A program made the translations under genes and the position numbers. The notes under the pieces were generated by a model, which ran no database searches, was not told the origin of the DNA, and worked only from the letters and a program-made list of their open reading frames with translations. A DNA stretch of 64,000 bases from the sequence record NC_042081.1; one strand, written 5' to 3'. Below, one piece after another: positions 54,604 through 64,000 of this stretch (the first letter of the stretch is position 1; each line of letters begins with the position of its first letter).

Positions 54604-54729
54604 CTAAATACCATTGAAGATTAAAGTTCCTATTAGTGAGAGAATGAATAACACGACCACATGATGAAGTTTTATCCATGTTTCAGGTACTACCGGTTGT
54701 TTAGGTTTATTTAAAGGGATGTTTTCCAT
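54604..54729 (-). CDS. 41-aa single-TM peptide, absent from the ORF track
   Basis: GGAG RBS, first ORF after an early promoter; MENIPLNKPKQPVVPETWIKLHHVVVLFILSLIGTLIFNGI. Confidence 0.75.
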   Translation of the reverse strand: MENIPLNKPKQPVVPETWIKLHHVVVLFILSLIGTLIFNGI

Positions 54730-54756
54730 GTATATACTCCACATTAGTTCATATGT

Positions 54757-54773
54757 GTAATATACTGTTTAAG
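54757..54773 (-). promoter_or_regulatory. phiKZ early promoter
   Basis: Minus strand CTTAA-ACAG-TATATTAC; 16 nt identical to the promoter at 53569. Confidence 0.8.
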
Positions 54774-55191
54774 ATCTTTCAAATACACCTTTCCAATTAG
54801 TAGGTCTTGGATAGGATCTAGGTAGTGATTCAGAATGTATAATGAATCCCTCGATATCCCCTTCTTTTGTTTTAACAGCAACTATATCTTTGATAATACC
54901 TTTTATTTGTAGTAAGCTATTCATAATCTCACGATAGAGTTGATCAAATCTATTTGCAATGATATTAGGATTTATTGGATAACCACAAATTGATTTATAG
55001 AAACTACACATTACATCATTGTACCTATCTGGAACACATGTCCAAAAGAAATTATGTCGTTCTTTAATATAAAGAATGATCAAGTAGTTAAGATCATCTT
55101 CATCTTTTGCAGTATAATTAAAGTATTGTTTTAATTCAGAAAAGAATTGTTGTGACCACCTCACATCAACTCGTATAAATAGTTGTTCCAT
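54769..55191 (-). CDS. Hypothetical protein (gp102 position)
   Basis: Start MEQLF with AGGTG RBS. Confidence 0.75.
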   Translation of the reverse strand: MEQLFIRVDVRWSQQFFSELKQYFNYTAKDEDDLNYLIILYIKERHNFFWTCVPDRYNDVMCSFYKSICGYPINPNIIANRFDQLYREIMNSLLQIKGIIKDIVAVKTKEGDIEGFIIHSESLPRSYPRPTNWKGVFERS

Positions 55192-55207
55192 AATACACCT
55201 AAATAAA

Positions 55208-57181
<1,974 letters not shown>

Positions 57182-57185
57182 GGTA

Positions 57186-60241
<3,056 letters not shown>

Positions 60242-60276
60242 TTAAGATCATAAGATCATGGTCTAACAGCATAAAA

Positions 60277-60295
60277 GGGAGCCATGAGGGCTCCC
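60277..60295 (-). terminator. Terminator after gp97
   Basis: gggagcc-atgag-ggctccc then TTTTATG on minus. Confidence 0.75.
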
Positions 60296-60306
60296 CGTTA
60301 TGTTTG

Positions 60307-62757
60307 TTACTTAATGGCACGATTCACAGCAGTGTTAATTGCATTGGTAAGAGCTACAATGTAATCAACTAGAATGGTGTGGTTTTCAGCCGATTGGCCA
60401 ACAACTTCCCATACTGCGCCAGCTAGTTGCCGGACTTTCTTTTTACCGGCTTTACTATCCATGCTAGCCACTTTAGAGATATCACGGTTAGCTTGGTCAA
60501 GACGACGTACACCACGGTTACCGCTAACTTTTAGAGAGGCATTACCAAGACCAATTAGAACTTTAGAAAGTTTCATTAGTTCAGTAACGTCTTTACGGCT
60601 AACTTTAGCAGTACCAGTACCAGTAGCACCCCATTCACCAGTTGGAAGTGCAATAGCAGCTAATCGTTCAATATCTTTACTAGTGCGACCAGTTACATCA
60701 CGTCCAGACTTCTCGAAGGTAAAACTACCATCTAGTTTTCCACTAATGAATGCGCTTTCAGGATATTTCTTAACAGGTACTTCTAATTTAGTTGCTTCTT
60801 CTAGAGCCTTATCAATAGCTTCTTCACTATCAGCTTCAATAGCAGTTGCTAGATGACCAACTAAACGTTCGATGTATTCACCATCGATTTTAAAGCATTT
60901 GTTAATAATATCGCTAATACGACGAACCTCTCCAGCAACACCACGCACTAGATTATCATCACCTTTTAGAATACCATTAATTTTGATTTCTTTACTTTCA
61001 AAATTATCAGTGTCTTTAAGCTTAACTAGAAGTTGGTCAGCTTTAGTATTAGCTGCGGCGAGTTCTTTTTGGTTAGCTTTAACATGGATGGATGCATTTG
61101 CACCTTCAGCAATATTGTCGATAATATTTCGAACAAACTTACCAATAGTGCTATTAAATGATTCTAGTGAAGTAACCATCGCCTTATAGTAATCTTCTAG
61201 ATTACCATAACCATAATCTTCCATTGCTGGAATACCAGGTGAATAGACATCAAAGGCATTGTGTAGACGTTCTAAGCAGCTATTAGCATGAACGATGAAC
61301 TGAGGGCTATACTGTTTATGCTCTAGTCCATAATGCAGAATCTCAAGCATTGATTCATTTGATGCCTGCTCTTCAAGTAATTGACCAATGGTCTTCTTAC
61401 TGTCCTCAACTTCATCTTCAAGATCATCAGCTTCAGCAACTGCCTCATCAGCAGCTTCATCTGCTTCTTCAACATCATCTTCAGTTACTTCTACATCGAC
61501 ATCTGGAATATCAATTTCACCTTCAGCTAACTTTTCTTCGATGTCATCTTCTGAAACATCATCATCAGCTTCAGCGACAATTGTTTCACTATCAACTTCA
61601 ACCGCACCTTCTTCAATTGTTGGTTCGGCAATAGTAGATGCTGTTTCAGTTTCAGCAACTGTCTCTTCAGTTTCAGCTTCATTAATTAATACATCAGTAG
61701 AATCACTGTCATCATTAGTTAATTCTTCTTCAGCTTCATCCCGAACTTCTTCCAATTCGCTTAAGCCGTCTTCAGCTACTTCTGCTGTTTCGGCAGCTTC
61801 TTCTACAATTGAATCAGTTACAGCTACTTCTTCATCAACTGCTACGATTTCATCCGGTTCAGCTTCAGCAGGGATACTTTCAGATTCCGTCTCTACTACT
61901 TCAGCTTCTTCACTATCAGTTGTATCCGGCGTGTCTTCCACGGTTTCAACAACTTCTGTTTCAGCATCAGCTACAGCTGGTTCAGTAACATCGACTTCTT
62001 CAGTTTCAGTAATCTCTACATCAGGTTCATCATTGGAACTTTTATCAGCAGTTGTCTGTTCAGCACCGGCTTCTTCCGGTGTCACATCATCATCGATACC
62101 AGGAACTGCTTCGCTTACAACTTCACCAGCATCTAATACTTCATCCGGTAGTGTATCCATAGTAGATGACACGGGTTCATCACCAGTTGGGAGTTCTTCA
62201 GACAGTGGTGCAGGAGGCGGAGTTTCGTCACCAAGTGGGGTTTCTTCAGTGGGAGTTAATTCCACTGCTGTTTCACCAGGTGCTTCTGCAACAGGCACTA
62301 GTTCAGTATCATCAGCCGCATCTTGTGCAGCTTCAATAATTTCAGTGGTTGAATCTAAAACCTCTTTACCACCTTCAGAAATTGTACCGATTTCTTCAGC
62401 GATTTCAGCTTCAGCAACTTTAACTGCTTCTTCGCCTTCTTCGACACTAGTAGTAGCTAGCGGTTCAGGAATACTTTCCTCAACAACAGTTTCTTCTGGT
62501 ACAACTTCTTCAACAATTACTGCTGACTTATCAGCAGCATGTGCTGTTTCTTCATGTTCTTCAGCAGAGATAATATCAGTATCTGTTTTAACAGTTTCAT
62601 TCTCAATAGTTGCAGATGCATCATTATCTTTCTTTAAATCTTGAACTAGTTCATGATCATCTTTAACAGATGTCTCGACTTTGGATACATCCTGTTCCAC
62701 AGCCGTACCATCTTGGTTCTCAAGGCTGGCTACATATTTGTGAATATTTACCATCAT
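60307..62757 (-). CDS. Inner-body/internal head protein with very long acidic propeptide (gp97 position)
   Basis: About 500 aa rich in E/D/A/T/V, SLE-N, AME-D and SLE-S protease-type sites, then a basic-helical mature domain. Confidence 0.8.
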   Translation of the reverse strand: MMVNIHKYVASLENQDGTAVEQDVSKVETSVKDDHELVQDLKKDNDASATIENETVKTDTDIISAEEHEETAHAADKSAVIVEEVVPEETVVEESIPEPLATTSVEEGEEAVKVAEAEIAEEIGTISEGGKEVLDSTTEIIEAAQDAADDTELVPVAEAPGETAVELTPTEETPLGDETPPPAPLSEELPTGDEPVSSTMDTLPDEVLDAGEVVSEAVPGIDDDVTPEEAGAEQTTADKSSNDEPDVEITETEEVDVTEPAVADAETEVVETVEDTPDTTDSEEAEVVETESESIPAEAEPDEIVAVDEEVAVTDSIVEEAAETAEVAEDGLSELEEVRDEAEEELTNDDSDSTDVLINEAETEETVAETETASTIAEPTIEEGAVEVDSETIVAEADDDVSEDDIEEKLAEGEIDIPDVDVEVTEDDVEEADEAADEAVAEADDLEDEVEDSKKTIGQLLEEQASNESMLEILHYGLEHKQYSPQFIVHANSCLERLHNAFDVYSPGIPAMEDYGYGNLEDYYKAMVTSLESFNSTIGKFVRNIIDNIAEGANASIHVKANQKELAAANTKADQLLVKLKDTDNFESKEIKINGILKGDDNLVRGVAGEVRRISDIINKCFKIDGEYIERLVGHLATAIEADSEEAIDKALEEATKLEVPVKKYPESAFISGKLDGSFTFEKSGRDVTGRTSKDIERLAAIALPTGEWGATGTGTAKVSRKDVTELMKLSKVLIGLGNASLKVSGNRGVRRLDQANRDISKVASMDSKAGKKKVRQLAGAVWEVVGQSAENHTILVDYIVALTNAINTAVNRAIK

Positions 62758-62856
62758 GTTAATATACCTTCTGTACAGAGTTTATGAGTTATGCTATTCG
62801 TCTTAGTCATAACTCCAAGCGACGAACGTTAACATTCAAAATATTGCGCTGGAATC

Positions 62857-63972
62857 TTACTTTAGATTTTCATCGCATACATTGAGTATGGCAGTCAAAT
62901 TACGACATGTTAATTTAAATAGGTCGTGATAAGGAATAGCCAACCAATCAACATATGTTTCTACCAATGAAACAAGTTCTTGTATTTCTCTATCAGGTCG
63001 CCCTTCATTACGAGCACGTGTTAGTTCATCTCTAAACCTGATTAATGCACCTTTAAGAGTCCTTAACCGTTCATTTCGACGAGTACGCATTGATGCAGCA
63101 TTTGCACGATTGATCTTATCAACTACCTTAACAACTCGATCAATAATACTTTCAGTAACTTGATGGTTGAAATGTTCAAATTCTATTTCGACTGGTAGTG
63201 GTCTAGGGGTTTCTTCAGATGGAACTAACCGTGAAGAAATATCCCTACACTGATCATAAGCACTTGCATTCTTATCGGGATTATAGTTAATTACAATCTG
63301 ATGATTACCTAGCAAATGCAATGATACAAATCGATTACCTTGATCGCGATAAACAGATGGTGTGGTTATTTTAGTTGGGGCACTATTTAATAGTAGTTCT
63401 GCTAAAGCATCTGGACTAGCATTTGGATTCATATACGAAGGTATGATATTAGCTGGCCTTAGAATCACATTGTCTAATCCATTGATATACCCATCAACTA
63501 CTGTCTCCAATACGCGTAAGTGAGATAACAAATTAGCACTATTGGTAATAGGTTTATATCTAACACTTAGGTTCTGAATACGAGTTGTAATTAGGAATGT
63601 AGGATTCTTATTTTTACGAGTTCTAGCACGACTGTTAACTCGTAAGTTTTCTGCTCGAATTGCAACATATTCAGCTGTAGCTGCTAATACTACTCCACTA
63701 TCCATTAGTTTCTCAATAGTGGTGACAAATAGTTTAATAACTCGATCAATGACATGTTTAATAGTATCACTAATATCTTCAGTAGATACCACATCCTCTA
63801 ATTCTTTGATAACCCCTTGGATCTGATTATAATCTTCCATACCACCTAATAGATCCATCACTCGCCTAGCTAATGCTTCATCGCCTGATAATAAATCTGC
63901 AAGTCTTTTAGGTTCATCAAGATCAATAATCATTTCATCTGGTGTATCTTTATAAATATCAATTAATTCCAT
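62857..63972 (-). CDS. Internal head protein (gp96 position)
   Basis: AGGAG RBS; acidic N-terminus with GME-D and STE-D sites. Confidence 0.75.
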   Translation of the reverse strand: MELIDIYKDTPDEMIIDLDEPKRLADLLSGDEALARRVMDLLGGMEDYNQIQGVIKELEDVVSTEDISDTIKHVIDRVIKLFVTTIEKLMDSGVVLAATAEYVAIRAENLRVNSRARTRKNKNPTFLITTRIQNLSVRYKPITNSANLLSHLRVLETVVDGYINGLDNVILRPANIIPSYMNPNASPDALAELLLNSAPTKITTPSVYRDQGNRFVSLHLLGNHQIVINYNPDKNASAYDQCRDISSRLVPSEETPRPLPVEIEFEHFNHQVTESIIDRVVKVVDKINRANAASMRTRRNERLRTLKGALIRFRDELTRARNEGRPDREIQELVSLVETYVDWLAIPYHDLFKLTCRNLTAILNVCDENLK

Positions 63973-64000
63973 TGCTAACTCCTAACATAAGACGGGACTC

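Noticed and set aside
61388-62644. 418-aa Ser/Ala/Thr-rich plus-strand ORF
   Set aside because: Antisense shadow of the acidic gp97 propeptide; its composition follows from the GAA/GCT/ACT codons opposite; no RBS seen.

Overview
This 64 kb window comes from an AT-rich phiKZ-like Pseudomonas jumbo phage (Phikzvirus, nucleus-forming Chimalliviridae), read opposite to the usual phiKZ gene order and spanning about gp157 (truncated) to gp96. Anchors recognised from sequence are the gp144 endolysin, the 747-aa major capsid protein (gp120), two split RNA polymerase beta-like subunits (gp149, gp123), RecA/UvsX, RNase H, DnaB-like helicase, RuvC-like resolvase, collagen-like fibres and the gp131-135 tail-tip paralogs. 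Other gp numbers come from counting ORFs between anchors and are inference. An early accessory cassette (about 47.4-55.2 kb) has TATATTAC promoters, small membrane proteins, an orphan HigA-like HTH and a DarG-like macrodomain. The top observation is not in the ORF track. The capsid gene ends in TGA, and the same frame stays open for 26 more codons (AGKGYRYLENGTIRYLEDGNARKLEE-TAA), ending just before the terminator. This hidden tail is a triple 8-residue R-x-L-E-[N/D]-G repeat that closely matches the encoded C-terminus of gp143 (IRLLENGAARYLENGQIRYLES), with 17 identical nucleotides. That suggests programmed stop-codon readthrough puts a shared docking tag on a minority of capsid subunits, possibly to anchor the gp145/gp146 fibres (inference). 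I saw no tRNA, rRNA, CRISPR array, integrase or transposase.
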